Assembly (NCBI GenBank): GCA_964291655.2
Contig: OZ219802.1
Coordinates: 1,952,001-2,016,000 of the forward strand
Length of the DNA stretch: 64,000 nucleotides
Direction: 5' to 3'
Source: Chloroflexota bacterium
Lineage (GTDB): Bacteria > Chloroflexota > UBA11872 > VXOZ01
Every line of letters starts with the position of its first letter. Position 1 is the first letter of the stretch. Positions 9,432 through 19,134 of the stretch are shown here, piece after piece. The notes beneath the pieces are model-generated. The model saw nothing but the letters and a program-made list of their open reading frames with translations, was not told the origin of the DNA and made no database searches. The position numbers and the translations under genes are program-made.

Positions 9432-10196
9432 ATGATCGCTCCCCGCTCCCGAGTAACACCGCCTTTTGTGCTCGCCGCTGTTGTGGCGCTGGTGGGGGTG
9501 TGGGCGTTGGCGGCGATACTGGTTGGCAATCCGATCTTGCCGGTGCCGTGGGTGGTGGCGGAGGCCTTCTGGCGCGAGTGGACGAACGGCTTGTGGGAAG
9601 ACCTGCTCGTCAGCGCCTACCGCGTGGTGCTGAGCATCATCATTGCCGTAATCTTGGCGGCGCCGGCGGGCATGGCCGTGGGGCAAGCGCCCATGATAGA
9701 CCGCATTGCCAGCCCGCTCATCTACCTCATCTACCCCGTGCCCAAGATCGTGCTGCTGCCCATCATCATGCTCTTCCTGGGTATCGGCGAGACCTCCAAG
9801 ATCTTCATTATCAGCCTCATTCTGTACTTTCAGATTCTTGTGCTCACGCGTGACGCCGCTTACGCCGTGCGGCCTGAACTCGTGCTCTCGGTGCGTTCGC
9901 TGGGTGCGCGCCGCCGCCACTTGCTGCGCTACGTGTACTTTCCCGCGGTACTGCCGTCTATCCTCAGCGCGTTGCGCATCACCAGCGGTACGGCCATAGC
10001 CGTACTTTTCTTCACGGAGACTTTCGCCACACAGAGCGGACTGGGGTACTTCATCGTGGTGCAGTCATGGGGACGCGTGGACTACCCCGCCATGTACGCG
10101 GGGATTGTGGCGATGGCCGCGCTCGGTCTCAGCCTGTACGCCGTCATCGAGTTCCTCGACCGCCGCTTCTGCGCCTGGGTGCAAGCGGGTGTGTGA
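9432..10196 (+). CDS. ABC transporter permease, SsuC/TauC/NitT type
   Basis: Multiple TM helices, YPVPKIVLLP, EAA-like loop SVRSLGA..LLRYVYFPA, QSGLGYFI. Confidence 0.9.
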   Translation: MIAPRSRVTPPFVLAAVVALVGVWALAAILVGNPILPVPWVVAEAFWREWTNGLWEDLLVSAYRVVLSIIIAVILAAPAGMAVGQAPMIDRIASPLIYLIYPVPKIVLLPIIMLFLGIGETSKIFIISLILYFQILVLTRDAAYAVRPELVLSVRSLGARRRHLLRYVYFPAVLPSILSALRITSGTAIAVLFFTETFATQSGLGYFIVVQSWGRVDYPAMYAGIVAMAALGLSLYAVIEFLDRRFCAWVQAGV

Positions 10197-10266
10197 CGCT
10201 GCTGTGGCGGGTGAGAACAAAGCACGCGAATGGTCCATACGATACGCCGATTCGTGTCGTCATTCC

Positions 10267-10534
10267 TGTAAGTGTCAGGTAATTCGTTGACAGATTCTAG
10301 AACAAAAGCAACCTTTCGCAGTGTTAGACATGACTAGTACACATGTCATTCCGAACGAAGCGCAGCGAAGAGTCGCTCTTAGCGCGGAATCTAGTGTGTT
10401 GAAGCCGTTAAAGTGCGTTGAGCAGGGACCCTAGATTCCGCGAACCCTGTTCGGCGCTGCGCTCGGAATGACATGCACGGTCGGCACTGACCAATAAATA
10501 GAAGATTCTGTCAACGAATTACTCAGCACATACA
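10267..10534. mobile_element. MITE family A, copy 2
   Basis: ATTCC duplicated at 10262-10266 and 10535-10539. Removing the element restores the REP GTCATTCCGGCGCAAGCCGGAATCC. Confidence 0.88.
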
Positions 10535-10602
10535 ATTCCGGCGCAAGCCGGAATCCAGCGCCTGCGGCCGCATGATGAACAATGACGCCACCGCGCGCCT
10601 AA

Positions 10603-11400
10603 TCACTTCCTGATGATATAGACCTCCGCCACCAGATTGGGACGCATCGTTTCGAGCGTTTCTTCACCCGCCGGCTGCGCGCGCACCCACGTCTGCACCT
10701 CTGCCAAGATGTGGTCATACGCTCGGTCAGGCACCGCCCAGAACTCCGTATGGAGCTTTAGCCGCAGGTGTTCTAGCGCTGTCCCGTACGTGATGGTCTT
10801 TTCCCAAGTTAGGTCGTGGGTGTCGACGGCGAGCGACGTCGCACTCTTTGCAAGCAGATATTCGCCGAGTTCACTGCGGTCTTTGATACCTACGTAGAGA
10901 TTGGTATAGCCCCGCTCCCGACATCGGGCGGAAAACTGCCTTCTTACCGCATGTTTGAAGGCGCCTTTTTCGTTGATGTGCATAAACAGGCCGCCATTCC
11001 TCGTCACCCGGATAAGCTCATCAACGGCCGATTGCCAGTTGCCGACGTGTTGAAAGAGCTTGGAAACCACAACCGCATCATAGGAATCTTGTGGGTCTTC
11101 TAGTGCACGCACGTCGCCCAGCCTGAACTCTGCACTGTCACCAGGTTCCAGTTTCTGCCGGGCGATCTCTAGCATGGCCGGCGACACGTCCACACCTACC
11201 ACGCTATGGCCACTCTTTATCAGCGGAAGGGAGACTTGTGCGGTGCCGCAGCCGGCATCGAGTATGCGGCCCAGATCGGCGAAGCCAGCTTTCGCGAAAA
11301 TGCGTTCGAAACACGTATGTAAGAGCCCAAAGGGAATGGTGCGCGTTGCGTCATAGTGCGGCGCGACCGGAGTGTAATCAGAGGTGTCTTGAAATCCCAC
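10603..11400 (-). CDS. Class I SAM-dependent methyltransferase
   Basis: ILDAGCGTA, GVDVSPAML and YDAVV motifs. Confidence 0.88.
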   Translation of the reverse strand: MGFQDTSDYTPVAPHYDATRTIPFGLLHTCFERIFAKAGFADLGRILDAGCGTAQVSLPLIKSGHSVVGVDVSPAMLEIARQKLEPGDSAEFRLGDVRALEDPQDSYDAVVVSKLFQHVGNWQSAVDELIRVTRNGGLFMHINEKGAFKHAVRRQFSARCRERGYTNLYVGIKDRSELGEYLLAKSATSLAVDTHDLTWEKTITYGTALEHLRLKLHTEFWAVPDRAYDHILAEVQTWVRAQPAGEETLETMRPNLVAEVYIIRK

Positions 11401-11702
11401 GTGATGCCTTTCGTCGGCCTAAGCGCCTAGGCTGAGCTAGTGGTTTCTTTGGGCACCAAGAGCGGGGGACAAGCCCCCGCGCTACGACTGAGCTGCTTGC
11501 AGCGGGCGTGCAAGCGATAAGTGAAGAGCAACGTGGCGTGGCGAACAGAATGTCGCTGCTCGCACTCACCGGGCACCTTTTCGGACAAATATCAAATGCG
11601 GGACGAAATCACAATACGAGAAGGAGGAGCAAGGCCAACTACAGAAGGGAGAGTCTGTTCCATGGCGGGAGCAATAAAGGGATGAATCCCCCTGCACTTG
11701 TT

Positions 11703-11954
11703 CTAGAGAGGTATGATCTCGAAAACTCTCCCTAAGATCAGGAGGTTGAGGGCGAATAGGAGACCAAGTACCCACCTGTGAATGCGGAACTCACCGCGCA
11801 TTTCATTAGCAAGCGCGTTCACGATGCCTTCGAGCGCACTCACTTTGGCTTCAAGCGCGACAATTTCATTCTTTGTGCTCGCTAAATCTGCCTTTGTCGC
11901 TAGGTGATCGTAAACGCCTTCTAGGCGAGATAGCCGCTCCTCAGTCGTTGCCAT
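11703..11954 (-). CDS. Small coiled-coil protein with a C-terminal TM anchor (LATKADL type)
   Basis: MATTEERLSRLEG..LATKADL..WVLGLLFALNLLILG. AGGAGGAGG RBS. Confidence 0.75.
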   Translation of the reverse strand: MATTEERLSRLEGVYDHLATKADLASTKNEIVALEAKVSALEGIVNALANEMRGEFRIHRWVLGLLFALNLLILGRVFEIIPL

Positions 11955-12081
11955 TGCCCTCCTCCTTCTCCCTAGACTATAGCACGAATGAAACAATTAT
12001 GGCAGGATGAAGTATTCGCGCTACAGCGCATCGTCAGGGACTTCCTCATGAAGGTGGGTCGGGGGCGCAATGGTGCTGTTG

Positions 12082-13284
12082 CTAGTCTGTTTCGCCAGCA
12101 CGGACGGTCAGCACCGGTTCCCACACGCCGCCTTGGCGCTCATTACCCGCGGCGTCGCGGTGGGCTTGCGGTGCGTCGTGCCAGCGGAGCACGGCCAGGT
12201 CGGCGCAGGCGCCGGGCGTCAGAGCCCCGATCTCGTGCTCCAAGCCGAGGAGCGCGGCGGGACGCGACGTCACGCGGGGCCAGATATCGGCCTCCTGCAT
12301 GCCGGCAGCGCGGAGCTTGGACATCACCAGCGGCAGGTGGTGGCGCGGATTTGCTCCTACATGACGGACGTAGACGTCGCTGGAGATCGTGTCCGGCAGA
12401 AAGCCCTCGGCAATTGCGGTTGCGGCAATATCAAAGCTAAAGGAGTCATAGCCGTGACCGAGATCGAAGAGGATACCGCGTTCACGAGCCTCCCACACGC
12501 AGTCGAGCACGCGGCCGTCAGCCACAGGACTTCCACCCCGCGCGTGAAAGCAGTAGGTCACCACGTCGCCGGGTCGCAGTAAAGCGAACTGCTCCTCCAG
12601 CGACCAGTCGTCGTGGCGGCGCTGGCCGACAAGGAGGGGTTTGCCCGTGCGTTCGGCTGCCTCGAGAGCGCGGGCCATGATCTCGCGGGGATCGTTGCCG
12701 CCACAATTGGTGGGGCCAACATTCAGGGCAATGCCCCAGATGAGATCGGGTTCCTGCATGATTGTAGCCACACAGGCGTCTACGTCGGCGTCGGCCAGAT
12801 CGGCAAAGCAGCCTGCCTCATTGGATTCGCCGGAGGCCGAGAGATTGAGGGCCATGAGAATGCGGGTGCGGCTGCCGGCAATGGTTTCTTCCTTATAGCG
12901 CGCCCAGTTGTTCGCTCCCGCGTCACCCTGCGAGAGCAGCGTCGTCGAGCCGTACGGCAAAATGTGCGTATCGGGCGCGATACCGTACTTGGAGCCCGAG
13001 AGCGCCGGATGCGCATGGGCGTCCACGAGGCCGGGCAGCAAGATGCCATCGGGCAAGGTGAGAATCTGGAGCGCCGAGTCGAGCGGCAGAGCAGCGCCCT
13101 CCGCGGCGTGCGGTGACGAAGTCGGCGTCTGCGACGAAGTCGGCGTCTGCGAGAGTAGCGATACCGCCGCGATGCGGTCGCCGCGCACCGCCACGGCGCC
13201 GGGGCCATCCCGTCCCGTGGCGGGACATAGAACGCGCCCGGCGTGGATTACCAGATCGTACGGAGTGGCGGAAGGTGTGCTCAT
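12082..13284 (-). CDS. Metal-dependent amidohydrolase (dihydroorotase-like/deacetylase family)
   Basis: PGLVDAHAH, LRPGDVVTYCF, FDLGHG..SFSF, PDTISSD, GACADLAVL. AAGGAG RBS. Confidence 0.88.
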   Translation of the reverse strand: MSTPSATPYDLVIHAGRVLCPATGRDGPGAVAVRGDRIAAVSLLSQTPTSSQTPTSSPHAAEGAALPLDSALQILTLPDGILLPGLVDAHAHPALSGSKYGIAPDTHILPYGSTTLLSQGDAGANNWARYKEETIAGSRTRILMALNLSASGESNEAGCFADLADADVDACVATIMQEPDLIWGIALNVGPTNCGGNDPREIMARALEAAERTGKPLLVGQRRHDDWSLEEQFALLRPGDVVTYCFHARGGSPVADGRVLDCVWEARERGILFDLGHGYDSFSFDIAATAIAEGFLPDTISSDVYVRHVGANPRHHLPLVMSKLRAAGMQEADIWPRVTSRPAALLGLEHEIGALTPGACADLAVLRWHDAPQAHRDAAGNERQGGVWEPVLTVRAGETD

Positions 13285-13588
13285 GTTTCTCCTTGGGACC
13301 AGTGGGTGGGTGACGTTCACCCTTGAAGCTACCTGTATGATGCCGCCGCCCGGCGGAGCGGTCAATATACGTCCTCGCCTCCATCTCAAGAATTGGAATT
13401 GCGGACTAATCTCCTTCAATCTACCCGGTTTTCACCGGTCTGGTACAGGTACGCGTAATTGCTCCCAGGGAGGGCGACAGAAGAAGCAAAGCACTGCCTC
13501 AGCCCTGTGTAGCAATACCAACTCATGTGTAAAGTATGTCCCCGCACACCTGTAAACTATGTGTCAGGTCTATACACCCTCTCCCCAG

Positions 13589-13789
13589 GAGGCCGTCTCA
13601 TAAATGCATCGCTCAGTGTAGACCTGCCCTTCGACCCTTCGACAGGCTCAGGACAGGCAGGCTCAGAGCCTGCCCCGTACTTGATACGGGGGCGAACGTA
13701 AAAGGCAACAATCCGTTCGTGCTGAGGGCTGCGCGAAGCCCTTGTCGAAGCACGATATGGCTTATCGAGCCGACTTATGAGACAGCCTC
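13589..13789. mobile_element. MITE family C (TIR GAGGCCGTCTCATAA / TTATGAGACAGCCTC) in the loop of a CCCTCTCC-GGAGAGGG hairpin
   Basis: 15-bp TIR with one mismatch. CCAG on both sides. Interior is made of REP-like palindromes. Confidence 0.7.
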
Positions 13790-13935
13790 CCAGGGAGAGG
13801 GAGTAATCGGCGGGCTGCTGGTCGACATTCCACAGCGGACAATTGGGAGAGAGGGCGTAATTGGGGCGCTGCTGGTCGAAGTTACGAATTGGACTCTCTG
13901 GGGAGAGAGAGTAAGTGCTGCGCTGCTGGTCGAGA
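13790..13935. repeat. Three degenerate 54-bp tandem units
   Basis: CTGCTGGTCGA at 13815, 13869 and 13923. Each unit starts with a GGAGAGGG.GTAA-like sequence. Confidence 0.8.
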
Positions 13936-14236
13936 TAGTGCAGAGGTGACCTTGAGGACTCCCTGCACGTCACGTAGGGCGCGCGTCACGAGAGGTTGTT
14001 TGCAGGCTGCATGCCGCCGGCTGAAGGAAAAGCACGTTTGGAGTAGCGTGACGAATCACAGAGCACCCCTCCTGACCGATCAGTCTAGATGAAGGACCAG
14101 GCATAATCGCAGAGTGCCTTCTTTGGGATTCTCGGCAGGCCGGTCAGCCTCGCTCTTGCGGGATGCGGGCGCAGTCCGCGAACTCTGCGACGGACCGTTG
14201 GTTTTCGCAAGCTGCGAGGACATTCGAGAGAAACAA

Positions 14237-14275
14237 TAAGGAGGAGGGTGACGGTTTCGTCATCCTCCTCCTTAC
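14237..14275 (-). terminator. Hairpin, probable intrinsic terminator after the DksA-like gene
   Basis: TAAGGAGGAGGGTGACG-GTTT-CGTCATCCTCCTCCTTA, with a T-rich tail on the minus strand. Confidence 0.6.
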
Positions 14276-14312
14276 GGAGTGAGAGGGTAAGAGACAGCAG
14301 GTAAAATTCTGC

Positions 14313-14699
14313 TTAGCGTGCCCCGAACCAAGCGCGCTCGCGCCGGGTCTGGCACGCGACGCACAACGTAGCTTCCGGCACAAACTCCAGGCGTTCCGCA
14401 GATATGCCCTCTCCGCAGTCTTCGCAGACGCCGTAGGTGCCGGCCTCGGCTTTCTGCCAGGCCTGATCGAAGGCCCTCAGGTCGCGCCGCAGCACATCAA
14501 GCACTGCTTCGCGATCCTCTTGGATGGCGACTTCCTGCGCCAAGTCCACAAAGTCATCATCGTCTGCCGAAGCATCACTGCCACGTTCACGTTCCCGCAA
14601 GTCGGTTGCGATTGAGTTTGCAAGGAGCGCTGCCAGGGCGTCCCTCGCCTCTTGCAACCGCTGCACGCGGTCTACTCTATGCTCTAGCTCTCTGGCCAT
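14313..14699 (-). CDS. TraR/DksA C4-type zinc-finger protein
   Basis: DFVDLA coiled-coil tip, GTYGVCEDCGEGISAERLEFVPEATLCVAC. AAGGAGG RBS. Confidence 0.92.
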   Translation of the reverse strand: MARELEHRVDRVQRLQEARDALAALLANSIATDLRERERGSDASADDDDFVDLAQEVAIQEDREAVLDVLRRDLRAFDQAWQKAEAGTYGVCEDCGEGISAERLEFVPEATLCVACQTRRERAWFGAR

Positions 14700-15198
14700 G
14701 GTGTACCTCCTTCACTGCACTCCGGCGGCCTTGTGGGCGGCGCCGGTGCCGTGCCACGATGTGGGCTAGGTGGGACGCGGTGTAACTCCTTTGTTACGTT
14801 TTTGCGGCCCACCGGGTCGCAACGAGCTATTTCTGCCAGCATACCACCGGATTTCAAGACTGTGAAGCGATTCTAAGGAACTTCTTAGGATATTCGCCAA
14901 TTATTAAGGATATTCTAAGAATCAAGCTTCTATTCTAATAACTATAGTCTTTATAGTAACGGATGTGGGGCATGGATTTGAAAGATTCTCTTAGGTTGCC
15001 ACTAAAAGGGTTGCAGTCCTGATGAAGAAGGATTAAGAAAAGTGACGTTTGGCAGGAGACTAATCTCACCCACTCTGATCTTACATTCCCCGGCAGGAAC
15101 ACCAATCTGCGCTCGCAGGGCACTATCAGCAATGCCGTTTGGCGGCGCAGAACGCAACATGGCACAATGACGTATACATACCGAGGAGATCACATTCA

Positions 15199-16239
15199 AT
15201 GAGGACGCATCGGATTGCCGTTGCCGGTCTGGGTTCTTTTACGCAACGCGTCCTGCTGCCCGGCCTCTTGAGTTGCGACCGCGTACACGTGGTTGGCGCC
15301 TTCACGCGGAGTCGGGAGCGCGCCGCAGAAATGCAGTCGCAGCACTCGAGTTTGCCGATACACACAGACTTCTCGCGGATGTTGGTTGTTGCCGAGCCGG
15401 ACATCGTATTGGTCGGCACCCCAAATGCCGCACACGCGCCCATGACCATCGAGGCCGCCCAACGGGGCTGTCATGTCATCTGCGAGAAACCCCTTGCGCC
15501 AACACTGCAGGGAGCCGAGGCGATGGCGGCGGCTGTGGGCAAGGCCGGCGTGCGCACGGCGGTAAACTTTACCTTTCGTTCAATCGGCGCCGCGCGCTAC
15601 GCCAAGCACCTGTTGGACGAAGGTCGCGTGGGGCGGATTTCTCATGTTACCGTACTGTACCTGCAAGACATTCGGCATGGCGCGAACCGCCCCAAAGTAT
15701 GGCGCATGGATGGTGAAGTAGCCGGGGCCGGCGCGCTCGGCGACGTGGGCAGCCACGCTATCGATCTGGTGCGGTGGTGGTGCGGTGAGTTTGCTAGTGT
15801 AACAGGTCACGCCTTCACACACAACGTGGAGCGCGACGGCGGCGCGGTTAGCAACGACGATACCGCAGTCTCCCTCGCGCGGCTGGAATCGGGTGTGCCG
15901 GTCACGCTGCACATCAGTCAGGCGGCGGCCGGTCGCTCGAACTCGCTGCGCGTGGAAGTGTACGGCGAGGAAGGAAGCTTGATCTTCACGGCAGAACGCG
16001 GCACGGATCCCACGGTGCGGGTGGCTGAACCGGGTGAAATTGGCTTTACGCAGTTGCCGGTTCCTATGGAATTCACCGTTGCGTATGAGGACTTTCCCGC
16101 CTATCACGCCGCGCGGCTGGTGGGCACCGTCCTCGGTACGGACTTTGTGGCAGACTTTGCCGACGGTCTGGCGGCACAGCGCGTCATCGACGCGGTACAG
16201 CGAGCGGCCGCAGACAGCTCCTGGATTTCACTGACCTGA
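15199..16239 (+). CDS. Gfo/Idh/MocA-family oxidoreductase
   Basis: AVAGLG, GTPNAAH, ICEKPLA, GALGDVGSHAID. Confidence 0.92.
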   Translation: MRTHRIAVAGLGSFTQRVLLPGLLSCDRVHVVGAFTRSRERAAEMQSQHSSLPIHTDFSRMLVVAEPDIVLVGTPNAAHAPMTIEAAQRGCHVICEKPLAPTLQGAEAMAAAVGKAGVRTAVNFTFRSIGAARYAKHLLDEGRVGRISHVTVLYLQDIRHGANRPKVWRMDGEVAGAGALGDVGSHAIDLVRWWCGEFASVTGHAFTHNVERDGGAVSNDDTAVSLARLESGVPVTLHISQAAAGRSNSLRVEVYGEEGSLIFTAERGTDPTVRVAEPGEIGFTQLPVPMEFTVAYEDFPAYHAARLVGTVLGTDFVADFADGLAAQRVIDAVQRAAADSSWISLT

Positions 16240-16262
16240 GCGGTGGGGTCGGTCTACGACCA

Positions 16263-17444
16263 CTAGGTGCGAGAAGCCTCAGGATCGGCCGGAGGGGCGC
16301 TCTCCGCAGGCGATGGTGCGACTTGTGGCTGCCCATCGTCTTGCTGCGCCGCTTGCTCGGCAGCCGCTGGCTCCGGCTCAGGGTCGTCACTCATTTGGGC
16401 GATGAGCCACGGCACCAGCAGGCGCATTATAAGTACCTGCATTGCAGCCATCAGCGGCACTGCTATCACGATCCCGACTATTCCGTAGAGCACGCCTCCC
16501 GCCAGCACGCCTACCATTACGAGGATGGGATGCAGTCCGACGGCACGTTCCATCACTTTGGGAACGAGGATGTTGTTCTCTAACTGTTGCACGATCACGT
16601 ATAGGATTGCCGTGGCCAGCGCCAGCCAGGGGGAGATTATGAGCGCCACGAGTACTGCCGGAATGGCCCCCAGAAACGGTCCGATGATGGGGATGATCTC
16701 CATGAGGCTGGCCCATGTCGCCAGGGCAAGCGGATACGGCACTCCGAGCACAAAGAGGCCGACAAACGTCACGGTGCCGATGAATACCATGAGAATGACC
16801 TGGCCGCGCACCCACCCGCCGGCGCGTTGGGAGAGTTCGGCGGCCAGGCTGCGGACCGCCGTCGCGCGCCTTGGCGGCAAGAGCGCGATCACGGAGCGAT
16901 TGAGCCGTTCCGTGGCGCTCATCCAGAAGAAGCCAATCACGAGCACAGACACCACACCGAACAAGAACCCTAAGACCTGAAATGGTACAACAGCCAAGGT
17001 ACCGATGAGCTGAGTGATTGTGCTGGTGAGATCCGAGCCAAGTTCCCGCACTTCGTCGTCGAAACCAAAGTCTACCGATATCTGGTAGAGCCTTGGGACT
17101 TCGTCCCGCGCCCAGTCGGCAAGCTCCAATGTTATGTCGTCTACTTCACGTACCTGCACCACAAGTGGAGGGACGAGAATCAGGCCCAGTCCTGTTAGTA
17201 CTAACGCCAACAGGAAATAGACGATCATAACAGCGGCGCCGCGGGGGATCTTCCAGGTCCGCAGCTTGTTGGCGATTGGCCGAATTGATTCCGCCAGGAG
17301 AATACCGAGGAACAGCAGCACCAGCACGCTGACGATGCGCGTGGCAATGATGGCGATGAAAACCACAAGTAAAACCACGCCGGCGCCGAGCACAAAGCTC
17401 ATAGGCGTGATGCGGATATCGCGTGATTCGGGAAGGTTGTCCAT
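16263..17444 (-). CDS. AI-2E (PerM) family transporter
   Basis: WVRGQVIL, EIIPIIGP, QQLENNILVPKVM..VGLHP. Confidence 0.92.
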   Translation of the reverse strand: MDNLPESRDIRITPMSFVLGAGVVLLVVFIAIIATRIVSVLVLLFLGILLAESIRPIANKLRTWKIPRGAAVMIVYFLLALVLTGLGLILVPPLVVQVREVDDITLELADWARDEVPRLYQISVDFGFDDEVRELGSDLTSTITQLIGTLAVVPFQVLGFLFGVVSVLVIGFFWMSATERLNRSVIALLPPRRATAVRSLAAELSQRAGGWVRGQVILMVFIGTVTFVGLFVLGVPYPLALATWASLMEIIPIIGPFLGAIPAVLVALIISPWLALATAILYVIVQQLENNILVPKVMERAVGLHPILVMVGVLAGGVLYGIVGIVIAVPLMAAMQVLIMRLLVPWLIAQMSDDPEPEPAAAEQAAQQDDGQPQVAPSPAESAPPADPEASRT

Positions 17445-18008
17445 AGCAGTGAAATACAGCATAGCACGCCGCCAACGCTGTTAGCAAAGTGACCCATCCC
17501 TGCCTATGGGCCGCTGCGACTAGAACTGCTGGCGTCGGTTGCGATGCTCGCCGTCGGCTACGCGGAGCATAGCGGCCGGTCCTTGGGGACGGTGGGCCCC
17601 TGAACGGACCTCATGACAGTCTGAATCTAGAGGAAGGCTACTCGCACAAACCTGTACGACTTGGCGCCAATGGTTCGGAAACCGGTAAGGTGGCAGGAAG
17701 AGTACATATGTGCTGCTATTGAAGTATTATATTACTGTTATCCTTATTGTGTAGTGTTGATATGAGTAGCCCCAAACCGTGTGAACGAGACTTTCAGCAT
17801 GAAACGCGAGCGGGCCGGCGGGAACGGCTTTTCCCAAGCGTGGAAACTCTCGGGCTACCGCGCCGGTAGCACGGTATGGCTGAACATCCAGTCGCTATAG
17901 ATTGCGCCGCGGCTCTCGCCGTGTATACGGGGCAAGCGCTTTGCATTTCGCTCTCGATGCAAGGCAAAGTCAACATACCAGACGCGCCCGATACCGGAGG
18001 TTGAAACG

Positions 18009-18626
18009 GTGATCGACGGCGAGCAACAGCCAATTCCGGGACAAGGCGCTGGTGATTCCGGCGGTTCGCTCCAATGGCTGGAACGCAACCGCTTGAGCAT
18101 TGTGCTCTTGCTGGTCGTGCTCACTGCTGTTGCGCTGGGACTGTACGCCTTGCAGTTGCGCAATACCGCGCCGATTACGGTGACGCCGGTGCAGACGGAG
18201 TTGCGCGATGTCAAGGTGTACATCACAGGCGCCGTGGCACAGCCGGGTGTCTACGCCGCTACGTCCGGCGAACGGGTTGGGGACGTGGTGGCGCGCGCCG
18301 GGGGTTTTACGACGGAAGCCGATCCCGTAGCGATCAATCTGGCGCGGCGCATACGGGACGAGTTGCACGTTCACGTTCCCGCTAAGGGAGATACGTCGCA
18401 ATTAAGCGTGGACGGCGCGGAACCGTCCACGCTCAGGCCGATCAACATCAATACGGCAACGCAAAGGGAACTTGAAGCGCTGCCCGGCATCGGCGAGGTA
18501 ACCGCGCGCCGCATTCTCGCCGCCCGCGATGCCGACGGCCCGTTTGCCAGCGTGGACGATCTGCGCCGCGCGGGCGTACGCGAATCCGTCATCGAGCAGA
18601 TTCGCAGCCTGGTCGTTGCCGAGTAA
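18009..18626 (+). CDS. comEA: ComEA DNA-binding competence protein (TM, SLBB, HhH)
   Basis: VYITGAVAQPGVY, INLARRIRD, ININTATQRELEALPGIGEVTARRI. GGAGG RBS. Confidence 0.92.
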   Translation: MIDGEQQPIPGQGAGDSGGSLQWLERNRLSIVLLLVVLTAVALGLYALQLRNTAPITVTPVQTELRDVKVYITGAVAQPGVYAATSGERVGDVVARAGGFTTEADPVAINLARRIRDELHVHVPAKGDTSQLSVDGAEPSTLRPININTATQRELEALPGIGEVTARRILAARDADGPFASVDDLRRAGVRESVIEQIRSLVVAE

Positions 18627-19134
18627 GCCGGTGTGAGGGCATGGGTGTTGCCCTCGGGTACGAGACTGTTCATTGGCGCTGCGAGGGAACGAATTCGACC
18701 GCAGAACCCACTTGGTGGGCACAGGTTCCAATCTTGTGCTACCCTCTCCAATCAAGGAGACTCTGGTAGATCGCTGGCAAGTAGGCAAGTAAAACGCTGG
18801 CCAGCAAGAGGGATGACCGCCGTCCATTACGAGTCAGTCGCTAAACCACAACCAGAATCCTACGATAACTCCCTCTCCCTCGGGAGACCTTTGCGTTACT
18901 AGGTCCAGAGGGAACTGTTTTGCCCCCTCTTCCTGGGGAAAGGGTTGGGGTGAGGGGAACATTACCCATGGGGCCAACCCTATCGCATTGCACGAACAAA
19001 GTCGCGCCATAGGACCCTGTTGAGGCAGTATGCCCCGTAGGGAGGCGTACTAGGTGGGGAATGTCGGAATCGAAATGTCTTGGCTCCACGAGTAAACGCC
19101 GGATAAGTTCAGTGAAGAAACGAGTGTATGAGTC

